DNA of 52,834 nt, taken from contig CAYPMJ010000001.1 in assembly GCA_964411785.1 (NCBI GenBank), positions 1-52,834 of the forward strand, given 5' to 3'. Position 1 is the stretch's first letter. Each line of letters starts with the position of its first letter. This DNA is from an uncultured Oscillospiraceae bacterium. Lineage in GTDB: Bacteria; Bacillota; Clostridia; Oscillospirales; Oscillospiraceae. Under the pieces are notes generated by a model. The model was given only the letters and a program-made list of their open reading frames with translations, ran no database searches and was not told the origin of the DNA. Made by a program: the position numbers and the translations under genes. Of the stretch, positions 17,451-25,431 are shown in pieces.

Positions 17451-18455
17451 TTACTGTCCCACCTTTCTGAGCAGCGCCTGAACGAGCTTATTGCACAGGA
17501 TCATGACCAGGAACAGCAGCGTTGCAATTGCGGATGCGTAGCCCATCTCAAATCGGATAGTACCGTAATCTATAAGGTGGGAGACCACCGTATGGGCTGC
17601 GTAGTTTACACTCGGGAACCCCGCCAGCGCGGCCAGCTGATCATGTATCCCGAAGGAGCTCGTGATGGTCATCACAGCGCCGAACATCAGCTGCGGCTTC
17701 ATCGATGGGAGAGTGATATACCACAGCTCCTGGAAACGGTTCGATATTCCGTCGATGTAGCCCGCCTCGTACAGCGTCTGATCCACATTCTGCAAGCCGG
17801 CTATGAATGAGAGGAACCCGGTGCCCATACTCATCCACAGCACCACTATAATCAGAATTGGCGCTATGTACGTCTCGTCCTCCAGCCAGAGGATCGGGCT
17901 GTAGGTAATTCCCAGCTTCATCAGCCACGCGTTTGCGAAGCCGTAGCTGTCGCTGGCGAAGATGTACTTCCAGACGATATACGCCTGGCCGGAAATCGTC
18001 GGCGCGTAGAAGAGCAGCGTCATGAACGCGCGGATCTTCTTATTCTGGATGTCGTTGATCATCCACGCGATGAAAAGCGCCATGAAGTACCCCACAGGCC
18101 CCGTTATCACCGCGAACATGAACGTATTCTTCACGGCCTTCAGGAAGACCTCGTCAGCGAAGAAGAGGTTCACGTAGTTCTGCCAGCCCACAAAGCGCGG
18201 CGGCTCAAGCACGTTGAAGTTCGTAAAGCTGTAGTACATCGACATGAGAACCGGCAGCAGGATGAACACTGCGAATATCAGGCAGTACGGCAGAATAAAG
18301 AGGTAGGAAACGCCATGTCTCTTCATCTCGCTCCATGTGTGCGCCAGTCTCCTCTTAGCGTACCTTGTGTAGATTGACCCCCCGGGGCCCGGCTGGGCCA
18401 CGCTGACGGCAGCGTCACTCTCAAGAAGAGCTGTGGAGCTTTTATTTTCTTTCAC
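17451..18455 (-). CDS. Sugar ABC transporter permease (MalF-like)
   Basis: The protein is polytopic and contains YLFILPYCLIFAVFILLPVLMSMYYSFTNF. I prefer a GTG start at 18455, 6 nt after a GAGGAGGTG SD site. The ORF-track ATG at 18494 lies inside the upstream gene. Confidence 0.82.
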   Translation of the reverse strand: MKENKSSTALLESDAAVSVAQPGPGGSIYTRYAKRRLAHTWSEMKRHGVSYLFILPYCLIFAVFILLPVLMSMYYSFTNFNVLEPPRFVGWQNYVNLFFADEVFLKAVKNTFMFAVITGPVGYFMALFIAWMINDIQNKKIRAFMTLLFYAPTISGQAYIVWKYIFASDSYGFANAWLMKLGITYSPILWLEDETYIAPILIIVVLWMSMGTGFLSFIAGLQNVDQTLYEAGYIDGISNRFQELWYITLPSMKPQLMFGAVMTITSSFGIHDQLAALAGFPSVNYAAHTVVSHLIDYGTIRFEMGYASAIATLLFLVMILCNKLVQALLRKVGQ

Positions 18456-18468
18456 CGTCTGCACCTCC

Positions 18469-21378
18469 TCAGTCCATAGCAAGGTTGAATTCAAGCCGCT
18501 TGCGCTCTATCTCGTAGTCGATCTGCTTCACGTAATCCTGAAGTGTCTCACGCGGATCCTCGTTATTGTTATAGACAGTATAGAACGCGTTGCGGATATG
18601 CCGCTCCGTGAAATAACCGCCTGGTACCTGCGGAAGCGCCTTCACCCACTCAAGCTGCGCAATCAGCTGTCTGTAATCCGTGCTTGCCCACGGCAGACTC
18701 TGCAGTGCCTCAAGGTTTGAGGTCGCCACACGTCCTGAAACTCCCAGGACATTTTCTATCTCGTTGCCGTACTCGGTCTGTGTCTCGGCGCTCATCCACC
18801 ACTTGAGGAATTCCCAACCGTTTGCCTGCTGGTCGCTGGTCGCCATGATAATGCATGCCGTTTCCCAGGCGGAAACCGAGTGGTCAATGGTGCCGTCCTC
18901 TCTCTCATAGCCCGGGACAACCGTAAAGCCCCAGTCGCCCTTTATCTCGGGAGCGAAAACAGACAGATAGTTATATTGCGTGTAGTCAGCGATAGCCAGC
19001 GGCATTTCGCCTGTGCGGAACCGGTTTGCCATATCAAAGGTCACCGGCATTCCATAGTTCACATAGTTTCCGGTCCACTGCTTGAAGGCAGCCACAGCCT
19101 CCTCAGAATCAAGTGCGCTGTGCTGCGAGTCCTCCGTGTAATACTGCCCACCGTGCTGATAGAGGAACATTGCGTATGTAGTCCAGTCCGGAGTAATACC
19201 AACGTTCATGTTGTTCTTCTGGATCACGGCCAGCGCCTGATAGAACTCATCCCAGGTGCGCGGCACCTCAAGTCCCAGCTCATCCAGAATGTCGGCACGG
19301 TAGAACATCACATGGAAGGACATTGTCTGCGGCAGTGCGTACACTCCGCCCTCCAGCGTAAACTGCTGCATGGCCTCTTCAAAGAACCAGCCGGACACCT
19401 CCTCAAAGTCGTCAAACTGAGTGAGGTCCACCACGGCGTGGCGCAGGGCGTAGTTCAGCGGTTCCTTCCCGTCCACGTTAAGCGCGACATCAGGTCCCTC
19501 GCCCGCAAGAGTAGCGGAAAGAAGCACGTCGCGGTTTACCAGCTTCACGTTCACCGGAATGTTGCTTGACGGAACGAAGTAGTTGTCAACCAGGGTCTTT
19601 ATTACATTTGCCTGATCACGTCCTCCTCCGCTGGATGTGGTTGACGTGCTGTCGGCAAGAATCCAGACCTCCAACGTCTCGGTGCCCTCGTCATACACTT
19701 CGCCTATGCTGTTGTAGTCCTCCACAAAGCTCGCGAAGAACTGTTTCATCTCATGCGCCAGGGAGGCGAAGAAGCCGGCCTTTACCTTCGGAGTCTCCGC
19801 ACCCTCGCCGCAGATCAGCATATAGTCTATCTCCAGCGGCTGCTCACTCATTGTCAGTGTCCATGAGCTGAGGGACACGATATTGTCCTTGAATGCGGAC
19901 CACTGCTTCGCAATGGACGAAGGCTTGGCCGTCATTTTCTCAAGCTGGTTTATCAGGTTGTCAATGGCCTGAGTCGCAGTGCCGCCCCGCCCCTGCGAGT
20001 AATCGTCCACCATTTCCTTGAGGTTTGAGATGACGACATACTGCTCAGCGAGGGTCTGAAGCGCACCGGGGGTCTTAAGCTCCAGCTGGTAATCGCGCAT
20101 CGTATCCGGGGAGCTGCCGATGACCATGAGAAGCTGCCGGTAGGCCTCGTTCAGCTTGTCTACCGCCCCGCTGGCAACCGAGAGAATCTCGGCGAGCTCT
20201 GTCCCAAGGCTGACCTCAAGCCTCAGCTCATGGGTCCCTGCCGTGAGATAGAACCAGTAGGGCTCCTCCCCGTCGCCCAGAACGGAGAGCTGCCAGTTGT
20301 TCTCGTAGAAGAAGTACAGCTCCTCTGCCTCCTGGAACGGGACCTCACCGTCTATCTGGAGTGACCGGCAGACGGTAACGCCGGTGTTCTGATTCTGGCG
20401 GTACTTTATCATTATCTGGTAAAGTCCGTCCTCCGGAACTTCTATTTCCCATTCTATCCACTGTCCCACAAGCTTCCAGTTTTCCCCGCCGATCGTGTTG
20501 AGCCTCGTCTTCGACGCGTTGTACGGCTCAGTCAGCGGCGATGTGCGGTCTGAGATGGGATACAAAGTGGAATTGGATTTGAGCGTCGCGGCCTCGCCCT
20601 GAATCTTGATGGACTCAACGGCGCTCGACGACACCTTTGTCCGACCGGCGGACTCATTTGCCGCACTGTACTCGGCATAGGTCGGCAGCTCCTCCTCCTG
20701 GGTAAGCACAAGCTCACCTATCACCATCGGCTCCTTGACAGAGGTGAACGTGATAGTGTTCTTGCCCTTCTCGAAATAGTACTGGAGCGCCCCAGTCACA
20801 TAGCCGTCGCTGTCCTTCAGCCATGAGGTCACCCATCTCGGAACCTCTACCTGGTTGGGACGCACGTCGTTGCCTCTGGAATCCTGCTCCACAGTCTCAA
20901 CAGCACTGGTCCACACACGCGTGAACTGAATGTCCTGAGACTCCTCAAAGGGAAGCTCCCCGTTGATGAAGACCTGTCTTTCAATGTCGTTGTTCTTGCC
21001 CTCGACGGGGTAGTAGGTCAGCTGCAGCTGGTAGAGACCCGTCTCCGGGATGTCCACCTCGTAGGTAACAGAGCCTTCCTCCAGGGTTAAAAGGCTCTCC
21101 CCCGCGCGTCCCTCATAGTCGGAGAGGACTTCAAAATCTTCCGAAGCCTCAAGGTAATCCCCGCCGGATATAACTATCTCATCCGTCGGGCGGGCGGCGT
21201 CCGCGTGAGCCTGCAAATACGCGCTGTAGCTCTCCGCATCGTAAACCATGGAGCTCAGGTCAATCGGTTCAGGCTCTGAGGCTGCCTTGGACATGCCTGA
21301 ACCCATTGAGACACAGCTTACCAGGATCAGAGCCACCATCACTGCGATCATGGCTCCCCGCCCAAAACGCTCTCTCAT
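18469..21378 (-). CDS. Giant (969-aa) extracellular solute-binding lipoprotein with two N-terminal CBM6/35-like modules
   Basis: I place the start at ATG 21378, preceded by a GAGAGGGGGAA SD site. The lipobox is LILVS-C. An internal duplication is visible (GLYQLQLTYYPVEGKNNDIERQVFINGELPFEE versus GLYQIMIKYRQNQNTGVTVCRSLQIDGEVPFQE). A helical linker follows, and the C-terminal roughly 420 aa look like a family-1 SBP. Confidence 0.82.
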   Translation of the reverse strand: MRERFGRGAMIAVMVALILVSCVSMGSGMSKAASEPEPIDLSSMVYDAESYSAYLQAHADAARPTDEIVISGGDYLEASEDFEVLSDYEGRAGESLLTLEEGSVTYEVDIPETGLYQLQLTYYPVEGKNNDIERQVFINGELPFEESQDIQFTRVWTSAVETVEQDSRGNDVRPNQVEVPRWVTSWLKDSDGYVTGALQYYFEKGKNTITFTSVKEPMVIGELVLTQEEELPTYAEYSAANESAGRTKVSSSAVESIKIQGEAATLKSNSTLYPISDRTSPLTEPYNASKTRLNTIGGENWKLVGQWIEWEIEVPEDGLYQIMIKYRQNQNTGVTVCRSLQIDGEVPFQEAEELYFFYENNWQLSVLGDGEEPYWFYLTAGTHELRLEVSLGTELAEILSVASGAVDKLNEAYRQLLMVIGSSPDTMRDYQLELKTPGALQTLAEQYVVISNLKEMVDDYSQGRGGTATQAIDNLINQLEKMTAKPSSIAKQWSAFKDNIVSLSSWTLTMSEQPLEIDYMLICGEGAETPKVKAGFFASLAHEMKQFFASFVEDYNSIGEVYDEGTETLEVWILADSTSTTSSGGGRDQANVIKTLVDNYFVPSSNIPVNVKLVNRDVLLSATLAGEGPDVALNVDGKEPLNYALRHAVVDLTQFDDFEEVSGWFFEEAMQQFTLEGGVYALPQTMSFHVMFYRADILDELGLEVPRTWDEFYQALAVIQKNNMNVGITPDWTTYAMFLYQHGGQYYTEDSQHSALDSEEAVAAFKQWTGNYVNYGMPVTFDMANRFRTGEMPLAIADYTQYNYLSVFAPEIKGDWGFTVVPGYEREDGTIDHSVSAWETACIIMATSDQQANGWEFLKWWMSAETQTEYGNEIENVLGVSGRVATSNLEALQSLPWASTDYRQLIAQLEWVKALPQVPGGYFTERHIRNAFYTVYNNNEDPRETLQDYVKQIDYEIERKRLEFNLAMD

Positions 21379-21610
21379 ACTGGTTCCCCCTCTCTGCCAT
21401 AATATTAGTATGCTCGTCAAGACGGTTTATCCCGCGCCCCGGATCGTAAGGCTTTAACAGCTTCGTAACATTTTTCCAGTCATTTGGCTGTTTTATCGTT
21501 TTTTCCACACGTTTCAAGCCGTTTTTAAGCGGATAAGCGAGAAGACGAAGGCCGTTTTAGGTCATATAGACGAAAAACATGTCCAAACCATCTCCATTTA
21601 AGACAAAACG

Positions 21611-21639
21611 ATTATAACGCGTCGTTCATCCTTTGTCAA
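21611..21639 (-). promoter_or_regulatory. Consensus sigma-A promoter for the 14-gene glycan operon
   Basis: The minus strand reads TTGACA, 17 nt, TATAAT. The -35 element is at 21634-21639 and the -10 at 21611-21616. The predicted 5' UTR is about 225 nt. Confidence 0.6.
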
Positions 21640-21647
21640 TATAATCA

Positions 21648-21661
21648 TGTAACCGGTTACT
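21648..21661. promoter_or_regulatory. cre / LacI-family operator-like palindrome
   Basis: ATGTAACCGGTTACT contains the perfect 12-bp palindrome GTAACCGGTTAC and fits the cre consensus WTGNAANCGNWNNCW at every position. It sits 9 nt upstream of the -35 element. Confidence 0.5.
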
Positions 21662-21756
21662 TTTTTCGGTGGTTTGAACAATTTGCCTTTCGTTTTTTTG
21701 TGCATTTTTACTACTGATTCTCCCTTTTTCCCGCTGTCTGACGTTTTTTATACACG

Positions 21757-21790
21757 CAAAATTCCGCCCGGCGCCATGTTCACCGGGCGG
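21757..21790 (-). terminator. Intrinsic terminator downstream of the LacI-family gene
   Basis: An 8-bp GC stem (CCGCCCGG / CCGGGCGG) is followed on the minus strand by AATTTTG. Confidence 0.5.
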
Positions 21791-21824
21791 AAAAAATATT
21801 AAGAATTGTTAAGCTGCGCTCCGG

Positions 21825-22859
21825 TCATGCAGGCGCTTTCCCGGAGCTCTTCCGCACCTTTAAGCGGGGCGTGATCCACTGCAGATCCGGCACCCTCTCT
21901 CCCTCGATGGCCGCGACAGCTGTCTCCACGAGAGTCTTTCCGAACAGCGGGTACTGGTAGTCCACGCTTGTGAGCGGAGGATCCTGCATCCGCACAAGCT
22001 CCGTGTTATCGTAGCTCACCAGCGATATGTCGTCCGGAATCTCAAATTCATGCTCTCTCAGGCTCTGGCGTATCCCCATAGCAGCATAATCGTTTATGGC
22101 GATGACGGCTGTGGGGCGAAGTCCTTTTTCAAATATCTCATTCATGCATCTGTAGCCGGATGAGAAGTTATAGCTCCCCTCCGCCACAAGCTCCTGCCGG
22201 AACGGTATGCCGCGCTTTTCAAGCATCTCCCTGTAGCATGCGCGTTTCTGGAACGTGGAGTAGACATCGGCCCGTCCGCCGACCATGGCTATGTCCGTGT
22301 GTCCCAGCTCAAGCAGGTGCTCCATCAGCAGCTGTGTGCAGCGGATGTGGTCGATGCACACCCTCAGTGCACCGGTGCCGTCAAGCTTCCCCGTGACCAC
22401 CAGCGGTATATCGCCCAGCATCTGACTGACGCTTGAGGCATAGTCCTCATCCGTATGAAGCTCATCTGGACTGCCGCCTATCTGTATGACGGCCTCCGTC
22501 CGCTGACCCAGAAATTTCTCAAGCTGCCGGATCTCCTGTCCACGGCTGTTCATGGTATTGCCCAGCAGCACAGTGTAGCCCATGGTATCGGCGGCCTCCT
22601 CGCAGGCCACGAACATCTCAGCGTAGTAGGGGTTGCGCACATCCGCCGTAAGTATCCCGATAGTCTTGCTCCTGGCGTCCGAAAGGCCCCTTGCAAGGGC
22701 GTTCGGGCGAAAGCCGTACTTTGCAACCAGGGAGAGGACCTTCTCCCGCTTCTCCCTGCTGACGCTGGCACTGCCTGACAATACGCGAGACACCGTAGCG
22801 GTTGAGACGCCGGCCTCCTGGGCTATATCATAGATTGTTACTGTCCTTTTATCCTTCAT
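21825..22859 (-). CDS. LacI-family transcriptional regulator
   Basis: The N-terminal helix-turn-helix is VTIYDIAQEAGVSTATVSRVLSG, and the periplasmic-binding-protein-like core contains TIGILTADVRNPYY. Confidence 0.95.
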   Translation of the reverse strand: MKDKRTVTIYDIAQEAGVSTATVSRVLSGSASVSREKREKVLSLVAKYGFRPNALARGLSDARSKTIGILTADVRNPYYAEMFVACEEAADTMGYTVLLGNTMNSRGQEIRQLEKFLGQRTEAVIQIGGSPDELHTDEDYASSVSQMLGDIPLVVTGKLDGTGALRVCIDHIRCTQLLMEHLLELGHTDIAMVGGRADVYSTFQKRACYREMLEKRGIPFRQELVAEGSYNFSSGYRCMNEIFEKGLRPTAVIAINDYAAMGIRQSLREHEFEIPDDISLVSYDNTELVRMQDPPLTSVDYQYPLFGKTLVETAVAAIEGERVPDLQWITPRLKVRKSSGKAPA

Positions 22860-22892
22860 ATTCCTTTCTTCCCAGTCTCATTTTATGCGAAT

Positions 22893-22921
22893 ATAATATC
22901 AGATTTGTAATGTTGCGTCAA
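22893..22921 (-). promoter_or_regulatory. Putative promoter of the LacI-family gene
   Basis: The minus strand reads TTGACG, 17 nt, TATTAT. A GAAAGGAA SD site precedes the ATG at 22859. Confidence 0.45.
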
Positions 22922-22958
22922 GTCCGTCCCCATGCTCCGCTTCAACAGACTTTTTTCA

Positions 22959-22976
22959 AATGTAACCGGTTGCATT
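22959..22976. promoter_or_regulatory. cre / LacI-family operator-like palindrome in the divergent intergenic region
   Basis: AATGTAACCGGTTGCATT is symmetric at 16 of 18 positions. It shares ATGTAACCGGTT with the site at 21648 and fits the cre consensus. Confidence 0.55.
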
Positions 22977-23025
22977 CGCCGTTTTTCATGGTTCATTTCA
23001 CATAGACATAAGGAAGCTTTTTAGC

Positions 23026-23054
23026 TTGACCTTCACCCCAGGGTATGGTAGAAT
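23026..23054 (+). promoter_or_regulatory. Putative promoter of the GH42 gene
   Basis: The sequence reads TTGACC, 17 nt, TAGAAT, with an extended -10 TG (TGGTAGAAT). Confidence 0.5.
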
Positions 23055-23073
23055 AGCCGCGTAACGGTTATTC
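23051..23073. promoter_or_regulatory. Inverted repeat overlapping the -10 element and transcription start of the GH42 promoter
   Basis: GAATAGCCG-N5-CGGTTATTC has 8 of 9 paired positions. Its centre, GTAACGGTTA, resembles the operator core with one base missing. Confidence 0.3.
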
Positions 23074-23222
23074 TGCTTATTTTAAGGCTGCGCTTGAAGG
23101 CTGTGCATTTTATCCGCAGCCGCATCCGCAGGAACGAGGGAAGGCATCAGGCTCGTGTAAATATGTCATACACATATCATATGAAGCTTATTATGGAAAT
23201 GGAAATCAGGAGGATATGAGAA

Positions 23223-25265
23223 ATGATTGAAAACCGTCTCGCCGCCATCGGAGCTCCGCTGAGGCTGCTCCACGGCGGAGACTACAACCCCGATCAGTGG
23301 CTGGATCACCCGGAGATTCTTGAGGAGGATGTGGAGCTGATGAAGAAAGCCCACGTCAACTGCGTATCGCTGGGCATATTCGCGTGGTCGCGTCTGGAGC
23401 CGGAGGAGGGAAGGTTTGACTTTGACTGGCTCCAGAAAATCATGGACAACCTTTATGCGAACGGCATCTACACCATCCTTGCAACGCCCACCGGGGCTAT
23501 GCCGAGGTGGCTCACCGACAACTACCCGGAGGCCAATAAGGTCACTGCGCTGGGACTGAGGCGCATTCACGGCGAGAGGCACAACTTCTGCCCGTCGTCT
23601 CCGGTGGTACGCTCCCGCATGCACGCCATAGACAGTGCGCTCTCCGAGCGCTTCGGAAAGCACCCCGGACTTGTGGCGTGGCACATATCCAACGAGTACG
23701 GCGGTGACTCTGAAGCTGCCGCCTGCCACTGCCCCCACTGTGAGGCGGCGTTCCGCGAATGGCTTAAAGCGAGGTACGGGACAATAGAGGAGCTGAACCG
23801 CGCCTGGTGGACGGACTTCTGGTCAAATCGCGTGTCCAGCTGGGATGAGATACACAGTCCCATGCGCATTGGCGAGCAGTCCCTTCACGGGCTGAAGCTG
23901 GACTGGCACCGTTTTGTCAGCGACCGGATCGCCGATTTCTGCCGCGCAGAAATAGCCGCGGTGCGGGAGCACAGCGACGCACCTGCTGTCGCAAATCTCA
24001 TGGGCGCTTTCTATCCTCTGGACTACTTCAGGCTGTCCGAGGAGCTGGACATGGCCTCCTATGACAGCTACCCGCACTGGCACAGCGAGGAGAGCGACGT
24101 GAAGCTTGCCTCAGACACATCCTTCTACCTCTCCATCACAAGGAGCTTCAAGAAACAGCCGTTTCTCCTCATGGAGAGTGTCCCATCCGCTGTGAACTGG
24201 GCGAAGCGCTGCACATTGAAGAGGCCCGGGATGCACATGCTCTCCTCCATGCAGGCTGTCGCCAACGGCTCCGACAGCGTCCAGTACTTCCAGTGGCGGA
24301 AGAGCCGCGGAGGCAGCGAGAAGTTCCACGGTGCCGTGGTTGACCACAAGAACGGCAGCGACACCAGAGTGTTCCGGGAGGTGGCGCAGGTGGGGGCGCG
24401 GCTCGAGGCTCTCTCCCCGAAGGTCCTCGGGACATGCAACCGCCCTGACGTCGCCATTCTCTTTGACTGGGAGAACCGCTGGGCAGTTGATGATGCTCAG
24501 GCGGTAGTGAACGGAATGGACTACGCCAAAAAGGTGATGGACTACTACCGTCCCTTCTGGGAGCAGGGTGTCGATGTAGATCTGGTGAATATGGACTCCG
24601 ACATCTCCGGCTATTCCCTGGTGGTAGCTCCCCTTAACTACATGTACCGGGGCAAATGGCTGGAACACATCCGGGAATACGTGAAAAACGGAGGCACCTT
24701 CGTCACCACCTACTGGAGCGGTGAGGTGGACGGCGAGGATATGTGTTTCCTTGGCAGTCACCCGCTGCGGGATATGCTGGGCATACGGACTGAGGAGATC
24801 GATGTCCGTCCGCTTCACAGCGAGAACGCGGTTCTCTGGGACGGCAGACGGTATGCCATACGGGATCTGTGCGCTGTTGTTCACAGCGAGGGTGCGCAGG
24901 TGCTTGCAACCTACGAAAAGGATTTCTATGCCGGCTATCCCGCGCTCACGAGGAACAACTATGGTAAGGGCACGGCGTATTTTGTTGCCGCCGAATGCGG
25001 CGAGGACTTCCTCCGCGATTTAACAGTGCATCTCACCCATGAGACAGGAACCTCATGCACGTTGGCAGCCAGCTTTCCTGAGGGAGTCACCGTCTCTCGC
25101 CGCGTCCGCGATGACGGGAGCGGGCTCTGGTTCGTCCAGAATTTCAACGACCACAGCTTAACTATCAGTCTTCATGAGTCTCTCCGCGACGCGGAGACAG
25201 GCGAAACGCTCTCAGGGGACGTTAAGCTTGACACATTCCAGTGCCTTGTGCTGGAGAAGGCATAA
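23223..25265 (+). CDS. Beta-galactosidase (GH42)
   Basis: It contains GGDYNPDQW, acid/base HISNEYGG, the Zn-cluster cysteines (FCPSS, CHCPHC) and the nucleophile LLMESVPS. An AGGAGGA SD site lies 8 nt upstream. Confidence 0.95.
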   Translation: MIENRLAAIGAPLRLLHGGDYNPDQWLDHPEILEEDVELMKKAHVNCVSLGIFAWSRLEPEEGRFDFDWLQKIMDNLYANGIYTILATPTGAMPRWLTDNYPEANKVTALGLRRIHGERHNFCPSSPVVRSRMHAIDSALSERFGKHPGLVAWHISNEYGGDSEAAACHCPHCEAAFREWLKARYGTIEELNRAWWTDFWSNRVSSWDEIHSPMRIGEQSLHGLKLDWHRFVSDRIADFCRAEIAAVREHSDAPAVANLMGAFYPLDYFRLSEELDMASYDSYPHWHSEESDVKLASDTSFYLSITRSFKKQPFLLMESVPSAVNWAKRCTLKRPGMHMLSSMQAVANGSDSVQYFQWRKSRGGSEKFHGAVVDHKNGSDTRVFREVAQVGARLEALSPKVLGTCNRPDVAILFDWENRWAVDDAQAVVNGMDYAKKVMDYYRPFWEQGVDVDLVNMDSDISGYSLVVAPLNYMYRGKWLEHIREYVKNGGTFVTTYWSGEVDGEDMCFLGSHPLRDMLGIRTEEIDVRPLHSENAVLWDGRRYAIRDLCAVVHSEGAQVLATYEKDFYAGYPALTRNNYGKGTAYFVAAECGEDFLRDLTVHLTHETGTSCTLAASFPEGVTVSRRVRDDGSGLWFVQNFNDHSLTISLHESLRDAETGETLSGDVKLDTFQCLVLEKA

Positions 25266-25279
25266 GGCAGTGTTCGAAA

Positions 25280-25313
25280 GAACGGGGGCCCTCATGAAGG
25301 AGGACCCCCGTTC
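25280..25313 (+). terminator. Possible terminator after the GH42 gene
   Basis: A 9-bp stem (GAACGGGGG / CCCCCGTTC) is present, but the downstream T-tract is weak (TGCCTGTATCCGCTTTCTG). Confidence 0.4.
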
Positions 25314-25352
25314 TGCCTGTATCCGCTTTCTGCGCAGAAGCTCGATTTGCGC

Positions 25353-25381
25353 TTGATTTACGCCCCAGCGGGAATTATAAT
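25353..25381 (+). promoter_or_regulatory. Putative promoter of the PilB/MshE-like ATPase gene
   Basis: The sequence reads TTGATT, 17 nt, TATAAT. Confidence 0.5.
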
Positions 25382-25431
25382 TTAAGCGCAGTAATGCCTT
25401 ATATGAAGTCAGATTGTCAAGGTGGTATTAA

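Noticed and set aside
21633-21645. Plus-strand TTGTCA and TATAAT hexamers
   Set aside because: They are separated by only 1 nt, so they cannot form a promoter. They are partly the reverse-strand image of the genuine minus-strand -35 region.
23166-24884. Minus-strand ORFs of 190, 257, 110 and 88 aa inside the GH42 gene
   Set aside because: All are antisense to a GH42 sequence with every catalytic and Zn-site motif intact. Their translations are Arg/Pro/Gly-rich with no motifs.
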